A DNA stretch of 58,659 nucleotides, filler included, from Dugesia japonica (GCA_001938525.1; 5 parts of 5 records of this genome joined end to end with filler, not necessarily neighbours in it); one strand, 5' to 3'; positions 36,858-50,592 are shown, counted from the first letter of the whole stretch. Made by a program: numbers and translations. Notes: generated from the letters alone by a model not told the origin.

Positions 36858-38429
36858 TATATTTTATTGCTCTCTATACTCTCTCTTCATCCACTGTATT
36901 ACGTCCATACTTTGCTTCTATATTAGAAAGATAAATTTCATTATCCACACATTTAGTCTCTCTTAGCAGTTGGAATTCAAACTGTTTCTGTAATTCTATT
37001 CCTCCAATTAGATCTGGTTGTATCTGTTTCACCACAATGAATTTAACTGTTTCGCTTCTATTCTCGAATTTTACTTCTACCTGTATCTTAAATTGTTTTC
37101 CCTTTTTAATATATTGACTTCTCTCAATCTTTCCAATATTATCAAGCTCATCACATTAACTCTTACACCAGTGTCTAACAAGCAATCAACTTTTACGCCT
37201 TGTATTTCCCCCATTATAGTTGGTCTACCTTGCATTTTGCCATAACTTATTTCTTGTCGCTATATCTCTTCTATCGTCAGAATTTCACAGTCATCTTCTC
37301 CATTTATATCATTGACAATCTCCGGCTGGCTTCTAGTCAATTCTTTTTTACGAACTTGAAAACCTTTTCTTTTACATAATTGCAATCATCTACTCGTTTA
37401 TCTTTGCTTCTTTTATTTATATAATTATTTATACTACTTTTACTATAATTAACAATACTGCGATTTTTTGGGATACTTAATTCAACGTTCCGACAATCTC
37501 GACTTCGGTCGGAGCTTGGCCATTTGGGTATTCATCTTGATAATTATTTGACCCGTCATNNNNNNNNNNNNNNNNNNNNNNNNNNNNNNNNNNNNNNNNN
37601 NNNNNNNNNGTATTCATCTTGATAATTATTTGACCCGTCATTACAATAGTGACCTTTGTCTTCTCTACCTGCACAATCTTTCCAATTTTCCTCAATCGAA
37701 TTTACGTGACTTCCATTCATCTTTGTATAATTATTCGTATTATTTGAATAATATCTTTGTTTGCCATTTCCAAATTCTTTTCTGGTCTGTTCACTTTTGT
37801 TTGATAACTAAACTTTCTGTTCATATTTGTGTAACAGTCCTTTGCGTAATGGCCTGTCTTGTTACATCTTACGCAACTAACTTCGGTACAGTCTCTTCTG
37901 AAATATTTTTCAGATCCACAAGCAAAGCACTTTCTTTTTCTTTCTTGACAATTTCTGTTTGCATGACCTATTTTGTTAAAGGTCCAGCACGTGATTTTTA
38001 GTCTTTCGTTGTTTCTGTTCTGTTGCATTCCTTCATTACGATTCGTGTTGAACTTTCTTTGTTCTGGGCTTCTGCAAACGGCATCTCTGTAGTTACGAAC
38101 TACATTTATTCCTTTAGTTTTTACTTCAACTTGTATGTCTTCCCATTTTTCTTTGCTTTAAATATATTATCTACTTTTTCTATTTTTCCTGATCTGATTT
38201 TATGTTTAATCCTTCGTTGCAACTATTCATTATTATCTCTTTTGTTAAGTCCTCTTTGTTCCATTTTTTTAAAAGCTTGTGTATATTTGTAGTTCAATAC
38301 ATTTTATTTTGTTTTATATCGAAGGTTCTAGTTATTTATATTAGTATAACAACTAAAAACAATATTTTTACAATAAGATAGTCGAGATAGAAAATTATTT
38401 ATTGAGTTTTTTCTTTTCTTTCAATAAAT

Positions 38430-38784
38430 CAGGGTTGCCCAAAGTGAGTCCAGTTTTACTTTTATGTGCGGCCATGACCAAAGTTATTAAAACTTTAAAA
38501 AAATATATATTTCGTAACACTTTATTTTCAGAAAATAAAATCGATTTTCAATTTCCAAAATCCATGTTTTATTATTGACGTTAAATACAAAACAATACCA
38601 CCTATTATTCATATTTTAAGAATCTCCAATACCCAAATCGAATATAATTTAAAAGAATTAATTTATATAAAAATAATTAATTTCAATGAAAAATGGAATT
38701 AAAAATTGATTTTTTGTTTTGTGGCCATCATTTTGTGTTTTGTCAAATTTTGAGCATTCGTTCTATAATCTTTGGGCACCCCTA
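38430..38784. mobile_element. hAT/Charlie-type MITE
   Basis: TIRs CAGGGTTGCCCAAAG / CTTTGGGCACCCCTA; TSD CAATAAAT/TAATAAAT. Confidence 0.72.
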
Positions 38785-39171
38785 TAATAAATCAAAATGT
38801 ATAATCCTATAAATTATAGTATCATACCATCTTATTTTCTTATTTTTTTCTCACGGTTTTATTCTAATTTACTAAAATAAGGGACAATTTACCATTTGTT
38901 CCAAAACAAAAACGAATTAAAGTATTTGTACAAATCATGCCAAACCAAAAATTCAAATATTCATAAATATCAAATTTATTGTGTTTTTACTGATGACATT
39001 TAAAAATTGTCTTCCAAACCATTCCTGATAAATAATTAAATTCACCGTGAATGAATGAATCAATAATTTGACGTATTATTTTTTATGAGAGTGATAGTTT
39101 ATGATAAATAAAGTTTACATGTAGCAAGTAGAAACAGTATAAAGAAAATCATAAATGAAAAATGCTAAAAT

Positions 39172-40641
39172 AGTCAACCTTAAGTAACTCGATAAATCCG
39201 CTAGGTCGGCATTTTATTGATATAATTCTGTATATGTAAAACTTTGATTGATTCGATATTGCATAACTCGATAAATTGTTTTGATCTTAATAAAAATAAA
39301 CTCGAAATTCTTATATTTTCTACTTAATAACAACCGATAATTTATTAAAATAATTTATCGAATTTTAAGTTAAACACAAAATATAATAATTAAGGTGATG
39401 AAAGAGATCGAGAAACAGTCATTAAACCAATAATCGGTTTTGTATATTACATGGTAGTTAGGGTACGGTTACTTCTTGGTCACCCTGTTTTATATATTTA
39501 CTACGTCTAAGTAAATATTTCTCCAGGAGAAGGTTACAAGAAAGAAAAGTAAGCTATTGCATAAGTCGATATCGACAAAGTGGTTTTAGTTTGATTTACG
39601 GATATATAAACTGATTCATGACAAACTCTTAGTTTTAAAAGATAACTAATTCACATCTATAAGAAATTAAAGGATCGAGTGACTGTTGCAGGAGGCATGT
39701 TAAAAGATGAGCTAGAACTCCTTTTCACACTTTTTAGCAATATTTCTGAAAAGATTCATTTGTAACGGATGTTATTTGCACAATGAACGAACAGTTCTTT
39801 AATTTTTTTAGAAAAAAGAGCTGTTTGTAATGTGAAATGAAATAAATAAAATTTATTAAACACACCCGTCCATCTTTTAACGCAGTTTTAATCTAGCGCG
39901 GTTTTTCAAATAAAACTTCTTTTGCGCCATTTATTTGCCATACGAAGAAATTCTTAAAGAAATGACTAAAAATAAAAGACATGCGTTAATTACCGATTTT
40001 CTAACACTAGTTATCAGAAATCGTTCTTATACAAGCGAATAAGAAATGTTAAATATTTCTACCGATAATGATAGAGACTTTGAAACCATAAAAAAGAAAT
40101 AATCAGTTGCTTTAGAAGACAGCAGCTAATTTCCGAATAAGATAGGATATTTTATGTGTGTGAACTTATTACGAAATGTTTTTAATTTCCTTCTACTTAC
40201 ACTTATACATATAAAACTTTGTTAATAAAAATTATGTTGATATGTTGTGAACATTTTCATTTCAATCATATATTACTTTGTTGAAGATCAAAGATTATTT
40301 TTACGCTTTTTTTGAAACGCATCCCTACATTTTATATGAGCTCCATGCATATTTCACGCGATTTTTTAAATTCTGGAACGTATCCACATTTTTTGTGTGA
40401 ACTTCATGTATTTTTGTACAAGGGTTTCTCGGGAACTTATCTTCCGCATTAACCGAGGCACGGGTGTACTTTGAATCAAATTTATGTAAACCACTTTAAA
40501 CTGATTAAACTTAACAGGCAAATTTTATGACGAAATGCCATGTTTCTTTGCAGTGTACCTAAGCTTAATAAGCGATCATAGTTAACTGAATAATTGGGTG
40601 AACTCTAAGATTTAGAATATCAAGTTACGCGAAGATGACTG
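39172..40641. mobile_element. Tc1/pogo-like non-autonomous element with a nested MITE (39863-40466)
   Basis: Outer ends TAGTCAACCTTAAGTAACTCG / CAAGTTACGCGAAGATGACTG(TA); inner ends CACCCGTCCATCTTTTAACGC / GCATTAACCGAGGCACGGGTG(TA). Confidence 0.5.
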
Positions 40642-40687
40642 TACTTTAAAAGTATTTAACAATAAAAATATATTTATAATATAAATA

Positions 40688-40735
40688 AAAATAATAATAA
40701 TTATTATTATTATCATTATTATTATTATAATAATA

Positions 40736-40770
<35 letters not shown>

Positions 40771-40870
40771 NNNNNNNNNNNNNNNNNNNNNNNNNNNNNN
40801 NNNNNNNNNNNNNNTTAATTAATTAANNNNNNNNNNNNNNNNNNNNNNNNNNNNNNNNNNNNNNNNNNNN

Positions 40871-40929
<59 letters not shown>

Positions 40930-40940
40930 CATTGTTATTA
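40688..40940 (+). repeat. (ATT)n microsatellites flanking a contig join
   Basis: Directly visible. Confidence 0.9.
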
Positions 40941-42473
40941 TTTACTCAATTATTAATTAATAATACTGAAAAATGTGATTATTAAAATTTAACTATATTC
41001 AAATAAAAATATTTTTTTATTATTAAAACAAAATTATACTTCAATAATGAAAAATGATAATATATTCTTTAAAATTATTTTAAAGAAAAGTTTTCAAGTA
41101 AAAAATAAAATGAGTTCTAGTGGAAAAATATTGTTTTGAAAATTAAAATGAATGATAATGTGGGATTAAATGAAAGTAACAATAAACTGTTTCAGAACTT
41201 GTGTGAAGCCTAATAGAATAAATAAATTCAATATTTGAAACTATGGTGTTTCTTTTATAATAAAATTGAGATTATAATGTATTTTGTTTCTACATATTTT
41301 CTATTATGAAAGATTTTTGGAGGAAAATAATTTCAGTTTGATTAAAAAAAAATAATGAACAACTAGATATAGATTGAAAGGATTATTTTACAAATAACAA
41401 TTCTAAAAAATCTATATTGAATTTAATTTACTTTATTATTAAAAAAAAAACTGAAATCTAAAAAACTATATATTAGATTATGTCCTTACTCATATATTGT
41501 TACACAACTGTTATTAAAATAATTATTTTATCGTATTTTTTCTATACCTGTACCAACAAAACTTTCTGACTAATCGCAAAAATTTCTTCTCTTTATTTTT
41601 CATTAATTTCTTATTTGCAAATATTTGTTTGAAACCTTTTGTAATCTAACATTCTAATTTTAATTAATTTTCAAGAAAAAATTCTGTAATATTTCAATTT
41701 TTCTTAACACGCTTTATTTTCTTATCGATAGTATTAGTAAGTTATATTATTGATAAAAAAAACAAAAAAAAATAGTAATTAGAGATGGATATTGTATCCG
41801 TGAGTATAAAATGCAAATTTAACATTTCTGTCAAAATTTATCTTCGATATTTCTACTTGTGATGACAAGACACAAAATCACACCAAATAAAAATTCCATT
41901 TTGAAATTTCAGTTTTCACAAAATTCTCAGTGTGTGCTTTAATTAAAGTAATTATAAAATTATTTCTAAAGATATTCATTTTCATTAAATAGTTTTTTTT
42001 TTAGTTAATTACATTTTGTCTTTATTTTTATTGCAATAAGTTAATAAACTGCAGTTTTCATTTCAATAGTAACTTAGAAAATATTAATTAAAAAAACTAA
42101 TTTAACTTTTAATCTGTTTTATGAATGAATTCCTATTATTAAAATGATATTCAGATTCATTTTTATATGTAAATTAACATGATTGAGTTTCCCAAATGAT
42201 AATACTGGAGTTAACTATAGTATTTACCAATAATGATTAATACCACTAGAAAATATCTATAATAAAACTCATGCTAAAATTTGTATCTTTAAATATAAAG
42301 TATAGCAGTTAATTCTGTGGATAACTTTGTTTATATTTTTTTAATCGACATATTGATTTATCGATGGTTTTCTCATTATTTTTAGAACGTTTATATTCAA
42401 GCTTATCAAATCCACAGTTGCAATAAATTGTAACATTGAAATTTTCATATTATTAGGAATTCAATATTTCAAT

Positions 42474-43062
42474 ATGAGCCAACAAAAGAGCATTTGAGGC
42501 AGTCATTGCTGTTGTTATTCAACCTAAAGAAAACTCCAACTGAAAGCTATCGTTTAGTTTTGGAAGCATATGGTGGCTTTGCTCCATCCCAAGACACCTG
42601 CGAACGGTGGTTCAAGCGATTCAGAAATGACGATTTTGATACGAAAAATAAAGAACGTCCAGGTCAATCGAAAACTTTGAAGATGCAGATTTGGAGAAAA
42701 TATTGACCATATAACACAACCACAACAACAACTACCTAAACAGTTACATGTACATCAACCCGCCATGTGTGATCGTTTGCATTATACAGAAAAGATACAA
42801 ATCAAAGGAAAATGGATTCCACATGAATTGAATGAAAGAAAAGATTTTGAAGTTTGAAAACGAAGGGATTCCACACCCTGCATACAGATCTTGCACCAGC
42901 AAATTACCACTTCCTCAGATCTATGCAGCACGGTTTGACTGAGACTACAATTAGCAGGATTTTTTGAATTAAAAACAGTGTTCCGTCTAAAACAACTGAA
43001 TATATTCTTTATCAGATCGTTGCAGTGATGCTATAAGAATCGATGAAAATTATTTTGAATAA
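42474..43062 (+). pseudogene. mariner (Mos1-like) transposase, internally deleted
   Basis: HTH HLRQSLLLLFNLKKTPTES...CERWFKRFRNDDFD..ERPG; GKWIPHEL; PHPAY/DLAPANYHFLRSMQHGL; terminal ENYFE. Confidence 0.88.
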
Positions 43063-43182
43063 ATATTAGTATTACAAAAAAAAGTTATAATAATAATGTC
43101 AAATAATTAAGTTGAGATTTTGATGTCCAATAAAATTTCGAAATTATAAATAAATTAAAGTCAGTATTAAATATATAAATTT

Positions 43183-43620
43183 TATCAGGTTGAACAATAA
43201 AATTTTGCTGATTTTTCATAATACTTTAAAGCATGAATAAAAAAATTCTATTGCATCATGATTAACTAATATATCCTTATTGTGCAAAGTTATATATTTA
43301 CTTCGAAAGGATAATATTTATTATTTATAGGCAGTATTTATAGAAACATAGCTGCAAAATAAATTATAATAAATAACATGTACTGCGGGCTGTATGAGTT
43401 CCAGAAGAAAGACGTAAGTAAAGCAACTACAAATTTGCATAAAGAATTTGAAAAGTAAGCAGTTCTTAATCATTAATATTTTGTATCCTGAACATAATAT
43501 TTTTAAAATCTGCTAAATCAATCTTGAATGAAGAAAATCTTTTCATAATCAACACCGAAAGTGTTCGGGGTATTCGAATAGTTCGATCGAGTATTATTCA
43601 AAACATTTAATTCTTCATTT
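43183..43620 (+). mobile_element. Second mariner remnant (left TIR + HTH start)
   Basis: TATCAGGTTGAACAATAAAATTTTG TIR-like sequence; LYEFQKKD.SKATTNL. Confidence 0.45.
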
Positions 43621-45335
43621 AATCTTTGAATTTGAAAATTTTCCGGCATTTTTAAATCTGAAAAAATTGACTTTTTGTGAAGACTTTTTAATATATTTTA
43701 AGAAACGATTTAGAATAAAGGTATAAAAATCGTAAATTAAGCCCCATAATAATTCACAATGAGTAACAATTTTAAATTTAATATTCGTTATAGGATATTT
43801 ACAGGTATTTTAATTTCAATAATATGTATATTCATTATCATCTATTCTACAATTACAAGTATTGTCTAAAAACTTAAAAGTAAAAAGATTTAGTGAACCA
43901 AAAAAAGTTAAGTAAATGACAGTAATTAAAAGCATACAATTAAAAACTCTTAACAATTATACAGTTTTACAAACAAAAGAAATTCTCATTTCAATAAGGT
44001 TTAAGTATATTTAGGTTGATTGATGTATTGAAGATGGTAAATAAGAATTTAAGAGATTTACTTTAGTATTATGGTTGTATAAATTTATTTTTATTTAACT
44101 GAATTATTTAAAAAAATTATTTCATGTTTTTTTTTATAAATTTCGATCGATTAAAAACGATAATAAGGTGTTACAAAATTAAACAGGTGTGATGTATTGA
44201 AAATAATGAAAAAAAATCATCAAATGACTTCAAATTTATTTTTAAAAAAAAACTATTTTATTTATTATTTGTAAAAGTATAATTGAAAATTACATAATTT
44301 GAACTAATCATTTCTACTTAATTCAATTTTCAAATTTAAATATTTACTAAGATCTATTAGTTGAAAGCAATAGTATCAAGAGACCTTCTAATCAAAACTT
44401 CATTCAATAAAACAAATTGATTTATTTCAATAGTTTCAAACTTTATCTTACTTTTTTGCTGCTAAATTGCAATTATGCAATTTTCTATCTGTTAATAATT
44501 ATTCGAACAATTTATTCTTATTTTTAAAAAAAAGCAGTTTCAATAATAAATCAAAAATGTGAAATTTAATGTATGAAAAATTTTAATATTTTTTTCAAGG
44601 GAATATTTAAAACTGACAAAAATTTCTATATTTCAAATAATCCAAAATTTAAAAAATAATAGTATTCTCGATTTTAAAAATTCAAAATAATAAAACCAAT
44701 TTAAAATAAATTAAGCGCGAAATCACATAAGATTAAATATAAAGTGAAAATAAAATATTTTTTATTTAATTCTTTTTTCTTTCGTTAGTATGAATGAATC
44801 AAAAAATTAAATAACAAGAAATGGAATTATTGCACAAATCGCAAAAGTAAACGGAAACAATAATTCATTTCTAAAATTAAACAATATATAATTTTAAATT
44901 GTTTTATCTTCTACTTATGAAGATTTTATTAATTATTCGTGGAAAAAAGTTAAAACAAAAGATAAATCTGTAAAATTAATTCAAGAAATTTGAGAACAAT
45001 TTCTATTATAATTATGTCAAAAATTGCACGGAGTAATTATATTTCGATTATTGTTTTATGTTGTAGAGAATTATCTAGTGAGAATATTAGCAGCATTAAA
45101 CAAGCGAAATCAAAAGTTAAATTGAAAAGTGTAGAATATGATGATTAATTATTATCCATCTATTCGATTTCATTGCTGATTATAAGTAGTTGAATTGCTA
45201 AAATAATTTTAGAAATAATACTTATTAATGAATCCATTAATATCAATTTGATAGATTCAATTCACCACTCCGATATAATACATTTGTTTTTATGTTTTGA
45301 AAATGAGAAATATTTTGCTAACAATTATTGATCGA

Positions 45336-45434
45336 AATCTCGTAGTTGAAATGTTTGGATAATTAGTTTCTCTCTCACTTTATTCTACAATGCTTCTATT
45401 GAATTTAGAAAAAATATAAATAAAGTTAAAGAAA

Positions 45435-45472
<38 letters not shown>

Positions 45473-45539
45473 ATTATTGTTATTATAAATTATTATTATT
45501 AGTCATTATTTTATTATTATTATTATTACTATTTTTTTA

Positions 45540-45572
<33 letters not shown>

Positions 45573-45585
45573 CATTATTAACACA
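45336..45585 (+). repeat. ~100-bp dispersed repeat followed by (TTA)n; second copy at 46330-46455
   Basis: AAATCTCGTAGTTGAAATGTTT...GAATTTAGAAAAAAT...AAAGTT occurs twice, each time ending in a TTA run. Confidence 0.7.
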
Positions 45586-46475
45586 GGATTTTTTATAATT
45601 TACAAATATAATAGAAAAGGACAGTATTTTCGTGAAATATTTTATCGACAATTATCTGTGTATTAATAATTAGGTATTAGCATTGTATAAAATATATTGA
45701 ATCTAAGATAAATTGTTGGAAGTAATTACTTTAGACATCGAAAAGATTTTATCAATGTTGCTTAGATCATTGATAAAATTCTGAGTTACTTTAAATATGT
45801 ACTAATGGTGGAATATTTCATTTCTAATTTTTTTATATGACTATTATTTGTAAATGAATATACGATTTTCTAAATCTCAATTTATTATGCAAATGTTCAT
45901 TTTATAACACATCAAGAAAATATACTCTTTCGTAAATACAAATAAAAAAATTTTATTTTTAACGTTTTTTCACTGATAAAAAANATATTTAAGAAATCAG
46001 TTTGTATCGAATAACTTGAAACAATTAAATAATATTTTAAATCGAATGTTATCCACACAACATCTGTTGATTAAAAAACACTAATTTTCTGTTTTGTAAT
46101 TATGTTTACTTTTACCTTTGCATAAACAATTTTCATTTGTAATATATTTGATAAGACAAACACATTAAAATCAGAGATGAAAATTAAAAAGTGCAATTAA
46201 TAATTATTTTTTCATAATTAACCAGTAACAAAAATATTAGATTACTTATTGTTTATATAATCAAATATTATTGTAATGATATGGAATTATTTTAATTTTT
46301 TGTATTATTTTACTTTACTATTTACTTTAAAATCTCGTAGTTGAAATGTTTAGATAATCAGTTTCTATTTCACTTTATTCCACAATGCTTCCATTGAATT
46401 TAGAAAAAATTAAATAAAGTTACAGAAAAAAATGTTATTATTATTATTATTGATAATTAATAATGTTTTTAAAAG

Positions 46476-47487
46476 TAGAATTTCCCAACCAAGGTATCAA
46501 GAAGTAGTTAAAAATAAAAGTAATATAAAATAATTTTCTTCATATTTTTTTCATATTCGCATCGATATCGTTTCAAGAAGAAAATTTATATTAAACTAAT
46601 CATAATAAACCATTTAATATGTTGCTGCAGTTTTAAACATTGTGTACGTATTAATAAGCTTTTCATGTTTAACAAGTATTAAGACTAAAGACAAAAATAG
46701 TCTCTTTTAAACAAAAGATAACATCTACGTAAAAATTTCTGAAATTCTATCAAGAATCAATTTTGTTCAAATGGAGGCACATGTTTCACATTATAATTGG
46801 TTGAAAATCATTAGATTCAAAAAATTTATTCTTATACTGTGCACATAAGTATAACGCAACGAAATTTTTGCGACTAGAAATCATAACACATTATAAACAG
46901 TTCCATATAGCACTTTTTCTCAACAAAAAAATGCACCGCGGACCAGTAAACTGTAATAAATTTCTAACGCGGACTACCAGTTCAGAAACAGTTCAGACCA
47001 GTAAACTCTAAAATTTTATAACGCGGACTACTATGATGGTTATACCTAATGGTGTTATTTAAATTTTAGCTACACATATGTTAATTGCGAAAACGAATTT
47101 TACGTTACTTACTTAGTAGAGTGATGCTGAAAGNGAACCTCTTCGACAGGGCAAANATATACTTTAGAATTTGACAATGCGAAGAAGCATTTGGCATTAG
47201 AATTTACAATTTAGAAACCATTTTTTTGGTTAATAAATTTTTTTTATCAACAGAAACGGGAGGTTCTGGTTTTGCTACTAAAAACATTAATTTTATTTGT
47301 AAAAAAGTACACAAAATATAAATTATTTACATAAAAAAACCGACTACAAAACACGAAATAATATTTAAATAATTAAATACAACAGCTTCTTTAGTTATAC
47401 TTTTTTGTTTGTTAACAAAAGTATAATAATTAAATTTTTTCGCGGACCACCAAAATCTTTCCACGGAAAACCGGTTGAGAAACACTG
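46476..47487. mobile_element. hAT/Charlie-type non-autonomous element
   Basis: Right TIR CCGGTTGAGAAACACTG, degenerate left TIR TAGAATTTCCCAACC, and repeated CGCGGAC(C/T)A subterminal motifs. Confidence 0.5.
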
Positions 47488-49547
47488 CCATAAAGCGCGT
47501 AAGATAAATTTCATTTTAAGATAAATTCGCGCGATTTCCTACAACGCAGAATGTATCTCCCGCAATGTACGGGAGTCTAATGTAATATTAAATTATGCAA
47601 GTCGTTGTAGGAAAATAAAGATTGAAAATGATCATTAGTTTTAGTTTTCATTATTGTTAAAATTCAATTTAAATAACGATCGTTAATAAAAAGTAGATAC
47701 TATGTGAAAATATTACTACATGAACGTTAGAAACCCCAATAACGTGGGCATTGTCATAGGTCTTATAAAATTAAAAAGGTGACAAAACGTTGTTCTACTA
47801 TATGAAAAAAATATTATAGATTTCTTATTTTTAAATTATTTAAAAATTCAAAACAAATAACTTTCATTAATTTTTACTTAAAAATTTATGTAATAAAAAT
47901 ACCAAAATAATTGGTTAAAAAAATAAAAAAAATGATTAAAATTGATTTTCTGAATTTTTATTTTTACAAATATAATTGTTACTTATTATTTCTTAATTTA
48001 ACTTTCTATAAATATATCGAAAATTCAACTATGGAATAATCACAAATCAAACGTTAAGTCTAATAGAAATTTTATAATAATAATATTAATGGATGACCTA
48101 AAAAATAACCAAATTTTGCGTAGAAAAATATTTCCGTTAATTTGTCATTTTTCGTAAATATTGTCTATTTTATGTTAAGAATATATAGAATTTTATTTTC
48201 TACAAACATGATATAAAAAAAATTTATTCAAAAATTTAAGTGTTTACTAATGAAATTAATTGTATCAAATAAAAATGTAATTTTCGGTATATATCAATTT
48301 TTTGTAGTAGTTTCCCTCAGTTATTAAAATAATCTGGTGTTTCTAATAATTTTCTATATTATAGTTTTGAGGAAATAAAATCCATTAAATATAAGCAGGA
48401 TTATTAAAATGAAATCCCTAACTCTAATGCCGATTCCGAACTATGTCTAATCAATGAATTGACAGAAATTAATTACTGTAAATCTGACTTGTCTGTAGAG
48501 TAAATACAAACAAAATAGACTCACAATCTCAAACAAGTATTTGTGTCCAGGTGATTAGGATATCTAAAAATTATATTGCAATTAGTTAAAACAAAAGTTG
48601 CCTAAAATTATAGATATTTTATTCTTCCACATTGTATTTTGAAAAAAAATATTCGCATATTAATTTTTGAGAAATTACAGCAAAAATTACTCATTTGTTG
48701 AAATTTCTTTTCTGAGCTCTTAATAGGCAAGTAAAAATAACAGAATAGTCATGATACACGAAATAGCAACAAATATAATCAGTAAATAGACTGAGACAAC
48801 AGTTTCATCGTCATCAAAGCAGCAAGACCATTAATCGAATTGGTTACTGTTCGAGATTCCATTCATTAGTGTGTTACAAAGTGTGTTTGGTTGTGTGTTT
48901 TTTATGAAGACCAACTAGACATTTACAAATTATAGATACAAACATACCACCATATACACTAGAGCTTTCTGAAATGCACACAGTTCTAATGAGAAAGGTG
49001 ATTCCTATGAGAGCCTAAACTACTGTAGCAACCTAATCTATCTTCTGAAATGTTTACGCCAACGTACATATTCCCCCTATTGATGAAATTGTACTGTAAT
49101 TTTCATTTACCTCCACTCCCCGATCCAATTAAACACACCAACTTCAACACACAAACAACTTTATGAGTCATAAATTTCTGCCCTTTATTGTAATTGAATG
49201 GGAAAATATTGGGTAGAATGAAAAATAGTCCATTTTACCCACAACATTGGCTAACTAATATTCTTTAACGACAGTCTTCATTGAAATTGAATGTTAATAG
49301 AAATAATTTGGAAAGAAAACAATATTATTTATATTATTTTTCTAGCGTTGCTCAGATATTAATACGATAATGAACAAGAATTTGATAGTGTATGCTGAAC
49401 ACTGAATTTTAATATTCTATCAACACATTAAACCAAACTTACTAATGAAAGTTGACACATTTATCACTTTTTGGTATATTTGAAAAGTTGGTGAAATAAA
49501 AAGAATTTATTTATTTAATAATAAGTTAAATAAAATATTATAAATAC

Positions 49548-50124
49548 CAGAATTTTTAAGTAAAATTCGTCTGTGCTTCGCTACAATAGGTTGCAAAATC
49601 GAATAGCCTTCATTCGTATAATTACCATCTTTGTGAATATCGTAGAAATCAGCGTTTAATTTTTTCGATGATTTTAATAAATCAAAGCTTTTATTTAAAT
49701 CAAATTTTTCTGTTAAAAAATGCTGCATTTCCATTCCCAGAGCAGAACCTCCTATGCTCGGAACGGAACAAAAACTTTGCTGGCGATTAAAATAAAATAT
49801 TTCTACATCTTGAAATCTAATTCGGTGTTTATTTCTTTGAGTTTCTTTCTGACTGTTCATAGATTTTAAAATGCCCTTCTGAATAATCTCTGATGAGTAA
49901 ATTTCACAATTACTTTCGCATATGGAACCACTTAAAATAGATGAAGAGTCTTGGTCGAAAGCCGAACTAATTGAAACTTGTTCACAAGAATTCATTGGGG
50001 AATCTATCAGTTCTTCACAGTTATGATTAGAATTGTTTATATACAATGTTTTGACATTAATTTCGGTTATGTCATCGTCCAACTTTAGTCTCTTAGGATT
50101 GCTACAGAAATTTTCGATGGACAT
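49548..50124 (-). CDS. CSRNP: Cysteine/serine-rich nuclear protein (CSRNP/AXUD1 family), first coding exon
   Basis: RIRFQDVEIFYFNRQQSFCSVPSIGGSALGMEMQH and LQPIVAKHRRILLKNSG match the CSRNP N-terminal domain; Ser-rich N-terminus; acceptor TTTTATTCAG| at 50136 and donor G|GTATTT at 49547. Confidence 0.88.
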
Positions 50125-50545
50125 TTAAAGATCAGCTGAATAAAAAATATAAGCAATTAAATAAAAATTTATAAATAATTATAGAAGATTGATAAAATGT
50201 AATTATTGCTTGTATAATGATTATATGCATAATAATGATAATNNNNNNNNNNNNNNNNNNNNNNNNNNNNNNNNNNNNNNNNNNNNTTAATTAATTAANN
50301 NNNNNNNNNNNNNNNNNNNNNNNNNNNNNNNNNNNNNNNNNNTCTATAATTCACACTGAATCTATAGTTTACAATCAATTGCCTGTTAATTATTCACATT
50401 TTCACCTTAATATAAATATGTTCAAACGGGTCTTTTTAAATCTTTATTGAATATCTTTATTTAATTTGAATTTTTTGGGCTGTTACATAATTGATTGCAT
50501 TATACAGAATTTTAATATAAATACTCTATTCATAGTTTAAAACAG

Positions 50546-50592
50546 TTTGACTGAAGATGACAGATATGCTGTCGAAACTTGTAGTTATCAAT
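50546..50592 (+). ncRNA. Hammerhead-ribozyme-like motif (Penelope pLTR type)
   Basis: TTGA CTGAAGA T GACAG-ATATG-CTGTC GAAAC TTGTA GTT ATCAA: core, perfect 5-bp stem II and stem III; stem I/cleavage register imperfect. Confidence 0.55.

Larger units (their letters stand above)
34341..38300 (-). mobile_element. Ty3/gypsy LTR retrotransposon internal region gag-PR-RT-RH-INT, degenerate; PPT at 34342-34351, 3' LTR begins 34341 and runs leftward
   Basis: Three knuckles (37850-37990), LLDTGVRVNVMS, VRLCLNFRKLN, FSTIDLGNAYYQ, VYMDDIVIFS, FVLDTDAS, FLVRTDH, SPYHHNTNGIVERQFRT; AAGAGGGGGA|TGTG. Confidence 0.93.

Noticed and set aside
22975-50124. Joining the 23-kb exon to CSRNP (both minus strand, phase-compatible)
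   Set aside because: Two artificial linkers lie between them, and the exon lacks the Cys-rich CSRNP domain expected next.
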